Below, piece by piece: positions 26,942 through 37,025 of a DNA stretch of 64,000 bases. The position numbers and the translations under genes are program-made. This DNA comes from an uncultured Alphaproteobacteria bacterium (lineage in GTDB: Bacteria > Pseudomonadota > Alphaproteobacteria > Sphingomonadales > Sphingomonadaceae): positions 14,296 to 78,295 of the forward strand of contig CAWAGD010000003.1 in NCBI GenBank assembly GCA_963781525.1, read 5' to 3'. Below the pieces are notes generated by a model. It saw nothing but the letters and a program-made list of their open reading frames with translations, made no database searches and had not been told where the DNA came from. Position 1 is the first letter of the stretch. Each line of letters starts with the position of its first letter.

Positions 26942-29392
26942 CTAGTCGCGTCGCGCGACTTGCGGCTCGGTTCGCTTGCCGCGCCGAGCTTTCGCGCGCG
27001 CACCGAAAGGCGCCGCGTCGTCCTCGGCAATGACTAACGTCTCGCAGCGCAGAGGTGCGTCGTTCGAAGCTGTTAGGTCGATACCCGCGAGCTCGACTAC
27101 GCAGCCGCTACCTGGGGTTCCCACGATCAGCCGCGTGTCAGAAGAGCCGGCGTTGATCTCGACCAATCCATCAAACCCGGTGAGCGTGGTTTCGGTCGAC
27201 GGCATCGCCCGCACGCGCAGCCCCGCCGGTAGCGGCTGCCCCGCCTGATCGACGAGCATCCGCATCACCGGAATGAACCGTAGCGCGTCGATCTCCACCA
27301 GCGCGACACCGCGCTTGGGCACGCGGATCATGTGCTCGGTCTCGCGCACCAGCGCTTGCGCGGGCAGCTGGTCCGACGCGACGTCGACTTTGACCGCGGT
27401 CTGCGCAGGCACGTCCTGAACCAGCAGACGGCCGCGCGAATTTGTGCGGCCAACAAAGCGGTTTTCCAGCGTGACCGGGATATCCGCCACCGAACCGCTG
27501 CGCACGAGTACGTAGCCGTTATCCGACCGGTTACGTGCGTACAGCGTCCCACCGGCGAACAGCAGAGATCCGCGCGCGCTGGCGCGGCCAGCAAAGCGCC
27601 CGTCGACTTCCTCGATCTGCCCTTCGACCCGCATCATCTGAGCACGCCAGGCTATTCCGGCTTCTGCCGACTGCCCGCTTTCTGTCAGCTGAGCCCCGAA
27701 GTTATAGCCGATGTCGCCATCGGCAGCGTCGTCACGGGTGTAGCGCGCTCCGGCGGTGCTGGTATCGCCGGCGTGGCGAGCATAAAGCGCCGCATTGCGA
27801 GCAGGGCCGAACGAGATCGACAGACCTCCCGAAAGGCCAAACACGCCTTGCCGTTGAAGCTGCGGTAGTCGCTCGAGCCGTAAAAACGGATACGCTTGGT
27901 AATCGGCAACTGAAGACTGGCGGTGGCGGTATCGATTCGCTCCTTCGCCCGCATCAGCCGTGCATCGGCGCGACTTTCGCTGCGCACGAAGCCGAGTTGC
28001 GCCTGGATATCGGCGCCCACCCGGTAATACGCGTTGCGAACATTCGCGCTGCGGCGGAGCAGGTCGCCGAGCCGGCTGGCGACATCGCGATAAGTCGCGC
28101 TGGGCAAAGTTGCGCGAAGCGCCACCCCGAACCACTCACTGACAAACTCTAGCCCCAAATTCAGCAGCTTACCGCCGCCCGCGTCGACGTCATGGCTGAA
28201 GCGGCCCTCGACGGTGGCTATGGCGACTTTGGCGATCACGAAATCGGCCCGCGCGCCGATGTTGGACGGCCCGATGTCCATTCGCCGCTGCCCTCGAGCG
28301 TCAGAAACGGCGAAAGCCCCCGCCTGATAAAGGCAGTGGCTGCGAACTGTCCGTAATCGTTGCTGGCAAAGCCGAATCGTCGTCGGACGAAACCTGCGTT
28401 GATCGCGTATCCGGTGGTGCGCGGTGCGAGCAATTCGTCCGAGACATAGAATCGCGCGGTCTGGACCACTTCGCGGCCGAGCGAATCGCGCAGGATCACG
28501 GATACTTCGCCCCGGCCGGGTTGGCTGGGCACGTTGCGAACGGTAAAGTCGCCTGGCGCAACTTCCCCCAGCGATAGCGTTGGTCCCCGCCGAGCACATC
28601 GATCGTGGTCGGTACTGCGACCTACCCGCGAATGCCGGCAGTGCGCCGTGACAAGATCGGGCCGCAAATCGAAATCGGATGCGATCTTGATGCCGCCCAT
28701 GCGCACCGGCCGCTGCGATTGGCTGCCCGCGCTCACAAAGTCGCCCGCGTGGCGACCAGCGTTTGGCCTCGACAGGAACCGTGCCTTGCTGTCGAGCCTG
28801 AAGAACGGGACCGAGCCGAGGGGCGGATGATGATAGCGCGTACGCTCGTGCCCATTGACAGGTTGCCGCGAACAGCTGCTGCAACGAGGATCCGCCCGCG
28901 CTCACCGCCGACGCGAGCGCACTGGCGGTCAAATCATAGTCGACCCGAAGCGCGAGCAGCGAGCGGCTTTCGCTGGCGACACGCTTGCGCGCGGCGAAAT
29001 CGTGCAAGTTGTCGCCGTCGTTGCGGCAACAGCTTGACCGTGAGCATCTGGCGCAGCTGATCGTAATTCCATTCGTATAGGTTGAGCGAGCGAGCTTGAT
29101 CGGGCCGTTCGCGCCGTCAGGTACCGGCAAGCCGGCGGTGCGCGCATCGTCGGCATCGATGGTCATCGCGGCCGCGGCCGGCCAGCGTCACCATGCGGCG
29201 CTTGCGTGCGCCCGTCGACGATGATTTCAGCGAGAACGCCCGGTGCGGTCTGCTCGACACTCTGTGCCGTCAGCGCGGCGGGAAGCTCGAACGGGTCGCT
29301 CTGCGCAGCGCCGGTGCGGGAGCGATGGCGCGGCGAGCCGCAGCGAGCAGCGCGAGAAGTGGCCTAGCTGCACGTAGAGCGGGGCTGAGCAT
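26942..29392 (-). pseudogene. fimbrial outer-membrane usher (Csu/spore-coat-U type chaperone-usher system), multiply frameshifted; start approximate
   Basis: Usher-like pieces lie in at least three frames. The signal peptide MLSPALRAARPLLALLAAA is in ORF 29270..29455. MTIDADDARTAGLPVPDG and GPSNIGARADFVIAKVAIATVEGRFSHDV..YYRVGADIQAQLGFV are in ORF 27685..29166. GDFTVRNVPSQPGRGEVSVILRDSLGREVVQTARFYVSDELLAP..FASNDYGQFAATAFIRRGLSPFLTLEG is in ORF 28236..28736. The C-terminal ~290 aa (LSISFGP..YVLVRSGSVADIPVTLENRFVGRTNSRGRLLVQDVP..) is intact in ORF 26942..28135. Confidence 0.7.
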
Positions 29393-30127
29393 CGACTGTC
29401 CGGCCGTCGATCGAGCGGTGACGGTCACCGGCCCCAGCGAGCAGGCATTCTCCACAGGCCAAGCGATGGTCGAGTTGCCAAGGACATAGCGCAGAGCGTT
29501 TTGCGCCCGGCCGGCACCGAAGCTGCCGCTCGCTGTCTTGACGTCGAAGCTGCAGGATCCGCGCGGTCGCTCCGCCGGTGTTGGCGAGTTCGATGCCGCT
29601 CGTCGCCGATCCGCCAGTCGAGCTGGGCGCGGCGGTCCCGAGTGTCGCGATCGAGAAACATGGGAACGGTAAAGCGGATGCGCGCTTCGGCGGCGCCCGC
29701 GCGGGCGGCCGAAGGGTCGGGCAGCTGGTCGACGACCAACCGGTAGCGTTTCTCACCCGGCGAAGCGGCCCCGACTGCGCAACACGCGCACGATTTGCGT
29801 CTCTCCCGGCGGGATGGAGGTAATGGACGGAGAAATCGTCAGATCCGAGCTCGGTGCGTAGACATCTTCGCCGGCGGCCTGGGACCAGGCGAACAGCCGA
29901 GATTGCACCGGCAGAGGACGCGTCGGAAGTATTGGTCAGCATAACCGTCGCGCCGCGTGCGCGCATCGTCGATTTCGACGCGCAACGGGCGAGATGGAAA
30001 GGCCCGCGCCGAACTCGCGAAGGCGCGGCCGGCGCGGCGGACTCGTGGCAGAGGCAATCCCGAAGAGGAACGATCCGCCGACCGCGAGTGCGGCCAAGGC
30101 GCGCGAGAGATGGAAGCGGCGGATCAT
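29393..30127 (-). pseudogene. fimbrial periplasmic chaperone (Csu-type), multiply frameshifted; 3' boundary approximate
   Basis: The signal peptide MIRRFHLSRALAALAVGGSFLFGIASA is in ORF 29936..30127. PLRVEIDDARTR is in ORF 29839..30057. RGATVMLTNTSDASS and GIELANTGGATARILQL are in ORF 29364..29966. VVDQLPDPS..IRFTVPMFLD is in ORF 29425..29739. The motifs are in the correct N-to-C order but in different frames. Confidence 0.6.
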
Positions 30128-30151
30128 TCGATGTTTCTCTCGGGCTGTGGG

Positions 30152-30638
30152 TCAGTAGTTGACGGTGACGGTGACGGTGTCCTTGTAGTCGCCGGCGGCA
30201 ACCGCGGTCGTCTGACGCGGAACTCGGCCGTAGAGCGTCGAGCGCCTGGTCGATGCCGGCGCCGATGCCGGTACGCCCGACGGTCGGGCTCCAAGCGGCG
30301 GTGCGGCGTCGAATCCGAATAGATGTCGTAGTTCGACAGTCGCCGCGGTCGTGGTCGACTTCAGCTTGCGCTGCGTGCCCGTCGACGTTGGCGCCGTAGC
30401 TCGACGAACACCGTATAGGCCGCGAGCGGCGTGCACTTGACGGTGGTGGCCGAGGTGGTGTCGATCGCGGCGGCGAACGAGTTGGTGGTGCCGAAGTCGA
30501 GCGGCTGCGCGGTCACGCTGCACGCCGAGCTGACGTTGAGCGAAACCATCGACGGTGCCGGTGGCGGTACGGCCGGCCAGGGCCGGAGTGCGAAGCGATG
30601 GCCGCAGCAGCGGCGATCCCGAGAGCAATCTTACGCAT
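30152..30638 (-). pseudogene. spore coat U (SCPU) domain fimbrial subunit, copy 2, frameshifted
   Basis: The ATG at 30638 gives MRKIALGIAAAAAIA. ORF 30361..30549 gives VSLNVSSACSVTAQPLDFGTTNSFAAAIDTTSATTVKCTPLAAYTV. ORF 30152..30721 ends STLYGRVPRQTTAVAAGDYKDTVTVTVNY, the SCPU C-terminal signature. These lie in three frames. The length of 487 nt is 3n+1. Confidence 0.7.
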
Positions 30639-30828
30639 TGTAGTATTCCCCTAACAGTCGGGCTTGAAGCCGACCCGGCCATAATACGTAGAATTACTTG
30701 CCAAATTGCTAAGGATTGCAATGATTTATCGCTCGTAATACGGATGAATACCTAAGGCAGATGGGTTAAACCGCGGTAAACTCTTAACCATTTCGACGCG
30801 AGTTGAGACATTTCGGGAAAGCGTCAGC

Positions 30829-31336
30829 TCAAAAATTGAGAGTAACGACCAGCGGTGTCTTTATAACCGCCGACTGGATCACGTTCGGTTCTGCTGAACC
30901 CGGCCGTAGACTGAGAATAGCGAGCGGCGCGCCACTGCCGGAGTTACCCGACACGTTTTTCAGTTGGCCGTTGCCCCAGACGTTAGACCGCGGGCTGTCG
31001 CGATAAACGTCATACGTGATGAAGCTGCCGGCCAAGACACTGCGCATCTGCGCGGTTTAGCCCTTGGGGATAAAGACCCTTGTCGATATCGACCGTTAAA
31101 TTGGTGTTCGGGCGTGCACCTGATGGTGATGGTGGTCGATCGCGTCAATCGGATTGCTGCCCGATAGAGGTCGATGCGTCGAAGGTTAGAGGCCTGGTCT
31201 GCAACGAGCATCCCGTAACGATTTTAACGGTCGCCGTGGTCGAGCTGGTCGTCTGGCCGGCAGACGCAGCGGTGTCGGCAGCGCCAAGCGCCGCGGCGAT
31301 CGCCATTGCTGTGATACGGCGCACACGCCTCGTCAC
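30829..31336 (-). pseudogene. spore coat U (SCPU) domain fimbrial subunit, copy 1, frameshifted
   Basis: ORF 31145..31336 has a signal peptide plus TATVKIVTGCSLQTRPLTFDAS. ORF 30960..31211 has TTITIRCT. ORF 30829..31047 has ITYDVYRDSPRSNVWGNG..LVVTLNF. Hand translation of the last ~90 nt puts VYGRV, GGYKDT and LVVTLNF in three different frames. The length of 508 nt is 3n+1. Confidence 0.7.
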
Positions 31337-31437
31337 ACCCGTCCCCTAACAAACTCGGGGCGATGACTAGTGGAATATCATTAGGGCCACGTAAACGGCC
31401 CGGAAACAATGTTGTCCTGCGCCAGATCTGGCGGACC

Positions 31438-32415
31438 TCAGATATCTCCGCCGGTAAGTCGCTGACAAATGAGGTCCAACTGGTCGAGAGTGCGGTAACG
31501 TATGGTGACTGCGCCCGATCGCGGATCGGTATCGGTCTTGATCTGGACGTTAAGCCCGAGAAACTCCTCGAGGTGGCGCTGGACCGCTGCGATGTCGGCA
31601 TCCTTGGCCGGATCGCGCGCAACCCTTGCTGGCCGGCGAACCGATTCGCCATCGCCGCCCCGTCGCACGATTCGCTCGATATCCCGGACAGATAAACCCT
31701 GCGAGGCAGCGCGCTTGGCGAGCTCGGCGGCATCGGGGTGACCGATCAGGGCGCGCGCATGCCCCATCGACAGCCGGCTTTCTTCAACCAGGGCAAGTAC
31801 GGCCTCGGGCAGCTGGAGCAATCGCTGCAAGTTGGCGACGTGGCTGCGGGACTTGTCGACCAGCTTGGCGATGTCGCCCTGCGTCATCCCCTCATCATCG
31901 GCCAGGCGTTGATAGGCCCGGCCCTCTTCGACCGGGTTGAGATCCTCACGCTGCAGGTTTTCGATTAGCGCGAGGGCCATCACCTCGCGCTCGCCGAGAT
32001 CGCGGACAAGCGCTGGGATTTCGTGCAGATGCGCCTTCTGCGCCGCCCGCCAGCGTCGCTCGCCCGCGACCAGTTGGTAACGCCCGCCGTCGAGCGGACG
32101 GACGATGATCGGCTGAATCACCCCGCGCTGCGCGATCGATTGCGCGAGTTCCTCCAACGCGGCTTCGTCGAACCGCTTGCGCGGTTGGCCCGGCAGCGGC
32201 TCGATCGCCGAGATTGCCAGGCTGGCCAGCCCGTCACGAGCGTATGTGCCTGATTTAGAAAGGGGATTCTCGCCACTATCGCGTCCGACTACGAGTGGCT
32301 CTTCGCGCCGGGATTCGCCCATCAACGCGCCCAATCCGCGCCCGAGCTTCTTGCGGGTGTCATTCTTGGGCCGGTCAGGGATGGAAAAGCGAATCGGATC
32401 GGTGGGCGAGCTCAC
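31438..32415 (-). CDS. parB: chromosome partitioning protein ParB
   Basis: 325 aa with GLGALM, QPRKRFDEAALEELAQSIAQRGVIQPIIVR, LIENLQREDLNPVEE and the HTH MTQGDIAKLVDKSRSHVANLQRLLQLP. Confidence 0.95.
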   Translation of the reverse strand: MSSPTDPIRFSIPDRPKNDTRKKLGRGLGALMGESRREEPLVVGRDSGENPLSKSGTYARDGLASLAISAIEPLPGQPRKRFDEAALEELAQSIAQRGVIQPIIVRPLDGGRYQLVAGERRWRAAQKAHLHEIPALVRDLGEREVMALALIENLQREDLNPVEEGRAYQRLADDEGMTQGDIAKLVDKSRSHVANLQRLLQLPEAVLALVEESRLSMGHARALIGHPDAAELAKRAASQGLSVRDIERIVRRGGDGESVRRPARVARDPAKDADIAAVQRHLEEFLGLNVQIKTDTDPRSGAVTIRYRTLDQLDLICQRLTGGDI

Positions 32416-33188
32416 GCTGCTTTCCTTTCGGCAGGAAGGCGGCCGATCAGTTCGCGTGCGAGCGCGATATAGGCACGGCTACCGGGGCAATTGTGATCGT
32501 AGACCAGCGCCGGAAGCCCGTGGCTTGGAGCCTCAGACAGGCGCACGTTGCGCGGAATGACCGATTCGAAGACCAGTGGTCCGAGGCACGAGCGCACGTC
32601 GTCCGCCACTTGATCTGTCAACCGATTGCGGCGATCGAACATCGTCAGCACGACACCGATAATGCCCAGGTCAGCATTGAAGCGTTGCTGGACCTGCTCG
32701 ACGGTCTTGAGAAGTTGCGACAGGCCTTCCAGCGCGAAAAACTCGCACTGGAGCGGGACCAGCAATGTATCGGCCGCGCCGAGGGCATTCAGCGTCAAGA
32801 GGCCGAGCGATGGCGGGCAATCGATGAACGCGATTTCGTGGCCCTTATGCCCGGCCAACGCTTTTGTCAGGCGTGCGGTTCGATCCTCGACCGAAACCAG
32901 TTCGATTTCGGCGCCCGACAAATCGACGGTGGCTGGCACGATATCGAGCCCAGGTATCCCGGTCGCCTGAGTGCATTCTTCGAGCGTCGCATCGTCGACC
33001 AGCAGATCATAACTCGAAGTTCCGCGCTCTTCGCTGCCAATGCCCATCCCGGTGGAGGCATTCCCTTGCGGATCAAGGTCGATAAGCAAAGTTTTCCAAC
33101 CAGTTGCAGCCATTGCGGTGGCGATGTTGATCGCCGTGGTGGTCTTACCTACGCCGCCCTTCTGATTAGCAATTGCGATGGTTATCAT
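32412..33188 (-). CDS. parA: chromosome partitioning ATPase ParA
   Basis: 258 aa with the deviant Walker A IANQKGGVGKTTTAINIA, plus LLIDLDPQGNAS. It overlaps parB by 4 nt. Confidence 0.95.
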   Translation of the reverse strand: MITIAIANQKGGVGKTTTAINIATAMAATGWKTLLIDLDPQGNASTGMGIGSEERGTSSYDLLVDDATLEECTQATGIPGLDIVPATVDLSGAEIELVSVEDRTARLTKALAGHKGHEIAFIDCPPSLGLLTLNALGAADTLLVPLQCEFFALEGLSQLLKTVEQVQQRFNADLGIIGVVLTMFDRRNRLTDQVADDVRSCLGPLVFESVIPRNVRLSEAPSHGLPALVYDHNCPGSRAYIALARELIGRLPAERKAA

Positions 33189-33835
33189 CGGCTTTGATCC
33201 ATGATCTGTCCCACGACAATTCCCAAATCCGCATCGGTGGCGGAACGTTCCACGTGGAACATGGCTTGCAGGTGCTGCGGAAGCTCATTGACTTCTTGCG
33301 CCGCCGATCGGCCTTTCGGCAACAACCACATGGTGTCCCTTGTGGAAAAGCGCCGAGCGAGCGGCACTAACTTCGCCAACGGCGCGAAAGCTCTCGCGGA
33401 TATCGCGCTCGCGTTTAGCTCCCCGAGTTCCTCGACTTTTTGTCCCTTTATCTGACAAAGCGGAAGCGACAGGACACTCACTGCCTGATTGAGCCATTCG
33501 ATTCGGCGTTTTCGCAATTCGACCAGAACTATATGCCAGTCCGGTCGCATTGCTGCGATGACCAGCCCGGGAAATCCCGCCCCGGTGCCCAAATCCAGCC
33601 AAAGGCCATCATCTTTCTCTAGCAGCGCGTTAGTTCCACGTGAAACATGGCCGAGCAATTGTGCGCTGTCAGCGATATGACGCTGCCATACACATGCTAG
33701 CGACCCCGCGGAAACCAGGTTCTGCCGCGTGTTTTCCTCAGCCAGCATCGTTGCAAGAGTTTGAAGGCGCGTGAGGGCCGCTTGGTCGCATAGCTTGGCT
33801 ACGAAATTAAGCGCGCCTTCTTCGCTCTCGATCAC
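33185..33835 (-). CDS. rsmG: 16S rRNA (guanine527-N7)-methyltransferase RsmG (GidB)
   Basis: 216 aa with the SAM motif [15 protein letters not shown]. It is in canonical position between mnmG and parA, with 4-nt overlaps on both sides. Confidence 0.9.
   Translation of the reverse strand: MIESEEGALNFVAKLCDQAALTRLQTLATMLAEENTRQNLVSAGSLACVWQRHIADSAQLLGHVSRGTNALLEKDDGLWLDLGTGAGFPGLVIAAMRPDWHIVLVELRKRRIEWLNQAVSVLSLPLCQIKGQKVEELGELNASAISARAFAPLAKLVPLARRFSTRDTMWLLPKGRSAAQEVNELPQHLQAMFHVERSATDADLGIVVGQIMDQSR
33246..33261. promoter_or_regulatory. parS-like site (degenerate) inside rsmG
   Basis: cGTTCCACGTGGAACa has a perfect 14-bp palindrome, GTTCCACGTGGAAC. It has 3 mismatches to the parS consensus TGTTTCACGTGAAACA. 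Confidence 0.5.
33632..33647. promoter_or_regulatory. parS-like site inside rsmG
   Basis: AGTTCCACGTGAAACA has 2 mismatches to TGTTTCACGTGAAACA. Confidence 0.6.
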
Positions 33836-35670
33836 GCTGCGACCTTTACCCGGCGAACATAGACCAGCAAAGCTGCCAGGGCTGTCGGAGTAATTCCGCG
33901 AACGCGCCCAGCCGCTGCAAGCGTGTCTGGTTGCGCAGCGGTAAGGCGCTCTACCATTTCATTCGAGAGGCCCGCAACGGTCGCGAAGTCAAAACCACGC
34001 GGGATCGCAAGGGCCTCGCTTGCACGCAGATCGCGCAACTCTGATTCATGACGGCTGAGATATGGCGCGTAAGTGGCATCTTCGGCCAATTCTAGACCGA
34101 CCTCGTCGTTGGCAAACCCGGCGGGCAGCCATCGTTCCAACGCAGACATTTCCAAACCGTCATGTGCCAACCATTCGTATAGTGGTTTTGCCGCGGATCC
34201 GGATCGCGCGCCGTCGATATCGCGACCGGCTACCGAGGCAGACAGTTCCCCGCGCCACCGCGCTCGCCGATCTTCGCGTTTTGCGAACCAGGCGCGGCGT
34301 TCGGGCCCGACACATCCCATCGAATTTGCGATCCCCGTCAGCCGGGTCGAGGCATTGTTCGCCCGCAACCGCAAGCGATACTCCGCGCGGGCGGTCAGCA
34401 TCCGGTACGGTTCGCTCACCCCTTGAAGGGTCAGATCATCGACCATCACCGCGATATACGAGTTACTGCGATCGAGGGCCGCCGGTTCGCGACCTAACAC
34501 GTGTGCCGCTGCGCTCATCCCGGCGACCAGACCTTGCGCCGCCGCCTCTTCATATCCCGTGGTGCCGTTGATTTGCCCAGCGCAATAAAGACCGGGCATG
34601 GCGCGGACCTGGAGTCCGCGGTCCAGCGCGCGCGGATCGATATGATCGTATTCGACCGCGTAGCCCGGCACCGTCATGTCGACGCGTTCAAGCCCGTCCA
34701 TCGTGCGCAGCATCGCTAACTGGACATCGCTCGGGAGCGAAGTGCTGATCCCGTTGGGATAGACCATCGGCGTGCCGAGCCCCTCAGGCTCGAGAAACAC
34801 CTGATGTCCATCGCGGTCACCAAACCGATGAATTTTATCCTCGATGGACGGGCAATAACGTGGTCCCTGCGCGCCGATCGCGCCACTGAACAATGGTGAC
34901 CGGTGCAGACTGGCGCGAATGACGTCGTGAGTTGCGGCGTTGGTCCGCGTGATCGCGCAAGCGAGCTGCGGATTGGCTCTACCAGGTGTCAGCGGTGACA
35001 TGGTCCAAAACTCGGCGTCAGAAGGCTGCTCGGTCAGACGGGACCAGTCGATCGTGCGCCCGTCGAGCCGCGGCGGGGTGCCGGTCTTTAGGCGCGCCAT
35101 CGGCAGGTCCGCTTCCCGCAACTGCTCGGCCAGACGCAGAGCGGAATTCTCTCCAATTCGACCGCCGCTTAAGCGTTCCTCGCCACGAAACAGCGTCCCG
35201 CCGAGAAAAGTCCCGGTGCACAGGATGGCCGCTGGCGCGTGGATCTGGGTACCATCGGCCAGGATAACCCCTGCTACGCGGCCATCCTCCATCATCAGAG
35301 CGCTCACTTCACCAGCGATCGGAGTGAGGTCGCCTTGTTGAGAAAGCGCCTTCTGGACCGCGGTTTTGAACAATGCCCGGTCAGCCTGGATTCGTGGCCC
35401 CCACACCGCGCTGCCTTTTGATCGATTCAACATGCGGTAGTGTATCGCGGCAGCATCCGCCGCGCGCGCAATCACGCCGTCGAACGCGTCGACTTCGCGC
35501 ACTAGGTGTCCTTTGCCTAGTCCACCGATCGCCGGATTGCAGCTCATCGCGCCGATCGCGTCGAGCGCGAAGGTCACCAGCCCCGTTCGCACGCCCATTC
35601 GCGCAGCTACGGCCGCAGCTTCGACGCCGGCGTGTCCTCCACCAATGACAATAACATCGAAGCGATTCAT
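33832..35670 (-). CDS. mnmG: tRNA uridine-5-carboxymethylaminomethyl(34) synthesis enzyme MnmG (GidA)
   Basis: 612 aa with the FAD motif [15 protein letters not shown], plus [12 protein letters not shown] and [17 protein letters not shown]. Confidence 0.95.
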   Translation of the reverse strand: MNRFDVIVIGGGHAGVEAAAVAARMGVRTGLVTFALDAIGAMSCNPAIGGLGKGHLVREVDAFDGVIARAADAAAIHYRMLNRSKGSAVWGPRIQADRALFKTAVQKALSQQGDLTPIAGEVSALMMEDGRVAGVILADGTQIHAPAAILCTGTFLGGTLFRGEERLSGGRIGENSALRLAEQLREADLPMARLKTGTPPRLDGRTIDWSRLTEQPSDAEFWTMSPLTPGRANPQLACAITRTNAATHDVIRASLHRSPLFSGAIGAQGPRYCPSIEDKIHRFGDRDGHQVFLEPEGLGTPMVYPNGISTSLPSDVQLAMLRTMDGLERVDMTVPGYAVEYDHIDPRALDRGLQVRAMPGLYCAGQINGTTGYEEAAAQGLVAGMSAAAHVLGREPAALDRSNSYIAVMVDDLTLQGVSEPYRMLTARAEYRLRLRANNASTRLTGIANSMGCVGPERRAWFAKREDRRARWRGELSASVAGRDIDGARSGSAAKPLYEWLAHDGLEMSALERWLPAGFANDEVGLELAEDATYAPYLSRHESELRDLRASEALAIPRGFDFATVAGLSNEMVERLTAAQPDTLAAAGRVRGITPTALAALLVYVRRVKVAA

Positions 35671-35710
35671 GCCCCCAGATAAGCGAGCGCAGCGCTAGCG
35701 TCAAAACCAC

Positions 35711-35726
35711 TGTTTCACGTGAAACA
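35711..35726. promoter_or_regulatory. parS site (perfect consensus) between mnmE and mnmG
   Basis: TGTTTCACGTGAAACA is an exact 16-bp palindromic chromosomal parS consensus. It lies in the 56-bp mnmE-mnmG spacer. Confidence 0.85.
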
Positions 35727-36989
35727 CTACTTGCCGATACAAAAGCGGCCAAACAACGCGTCAAGCATGGCCTCGGTCGAGGCCCGACCTGTAAGGCTGT
35801 CCAGCCCGACGCGGGCGATTCGCAATTCCTCAGCCATAATCAGTGGGTTGATGCTAGTAGCGACGAGTGCATCGCGGACCTTCGACAAAATGCCGTGCTG
35901 GCGCGCATTGAGCGCGGCGTCACCCGGCGCCGGCAGCGCGTTTCTGGCGTGGGAGATCAGCAGTAACTTGAGGATCGCAATGCCCTCTCCTGTCGCAGCC
36001 GAAACCGAACATTTGGCTTCTCGCTTGACGACACCGAGGTCGGCCTTGGCTGCGATCTCCCAAGCGCTCACCGGTCCCGCACCCTCCGAACCTAGCCACA
36101 GAACCAGATCGGCTCGATCAAGTGCCGAGCGCGCGCGGCCGATACCTTCGTTCTCGACGGCATCGATCGCGTTATCGCGCAAACCTGCAGTATCGACAAA
36201 GGTAAATGGAACTCCGGAAAGGGCCACCGAGCGTTCCAGGAGATCGCGGGTCGTCCCAGGCGTCGGCGCCGTAATGGCCGCCTCTTGTTCAACCAAGACG
36301 TTGAACAACGACGATTTTCCCGCATTCGGCGGACCAGCGAGCACCACCCTGTAACCTTCCCGCAGGGCTTCGGACCGTGGCTTGGCAAGCCATTGACCGA
36401 TCTCGTTCCTCAAGGCGGCAATATTGTCTGCGAACTCCGGCGACAGCTGGGCAACGTCGTCCTCGTCGGCGAAATCGAGCACTGCCTCGACCTGCGCCCC
36501 CAGCAGCAGCACGCGGGTGCGCCAATCTTCCACCTGACGCGATAGCGCCCCGCCGGCCATCGCCTGCGCGGAACGGCGTTGTAGCTCGGTTTCCGCCGTC
36601 AGCAGATCCGCCAGGCCTTCCGCCTCGGCCAGGTCGATCCGCCCGTTAGTGAAAGCGCGACGGGTAAATTCGCCGGGCTCGGCTTTGCGGAGGCCCGGCA
36701 GCATCGCGAGCGCCCCCTCGATCGCCGCGACCACCGCCCGCCCGCCATGCACGTGGAGCTCGGCCATATTTTCGCCGGTGGCGGTGGCGGGGCCGGGTAG
36801 CCACAAGACCAGCGCCCGGTCGAGTTCGCTGCCATCCGCAGCGCACAGCGTGGCCGCCGTCGCGCGACGCGGCGGAGGCAAGCGCCCGGCAAGCGCCTGC
36901 AAAGCTTCTCCGGCGTCAGGACCGCTTATGCGCAACACCGCGATCGCGGCCGGCGGAGCCCCGCTCGACAATGCGAAGATCGTATCCAT
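35727..36989 (-). CDS. mnmE: tRNA modification GTPase MnmE (TrmE)
   Basis: 420 aa starting MDTIFALSSGAPPAAIAVLRISG. It has G1 GPPNAGKSSLFN, G3 DTAGLR and the C-terminal FCIGK. Confidence 0.95.
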   Translation of the reverse strand: MDTIFALSSGAPPAAIAVLRISGPDAGEALQALAGRLPPPRRATAATLCAADGSELDRALVLWLPGPATATGENMAELHVHGGRAVVAAIEGALAMLPGLRKAEPGEFTRRAFTNGRIDLAEAEGLADLLTAETELQRRSAQAMAGGALSRQVEDWRTRVLLLGAQVEAVLDFADEDDVAQLSPEFADNIAALRNEIGQWLAKPRSEALREGYRVVLAGPPNAGKSSLFNVLVEQEAAITAPTPGTTRDLLERSVALSGVPFTFVDTAGLRDNAIDAVENEGIGRARSALDRADLVLWLGSEGAGPVSAWEIAAKADLGVVKREAKCSVSAATGEGIAILKLLLISHARNALPAPGDAALNARQHGILSKVRDALVATSINPLIMAEELRIARVGLDSLTGRASTEAMLDALFGRFCIGK

Positions 36990-37025
36990 GAAAATTACCC
37001 GGCGACGAGGCTCATCAGCGGCGCC

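Noticed and set aside
26942-31336. Genomic island or mobile element carrying the pilus operon
   Set aside because: There is no integrase, transposase, tRNA target or flanking direct repeats. Only the internal spacer is AT-rich. It is treated as a resident, degraded operon.
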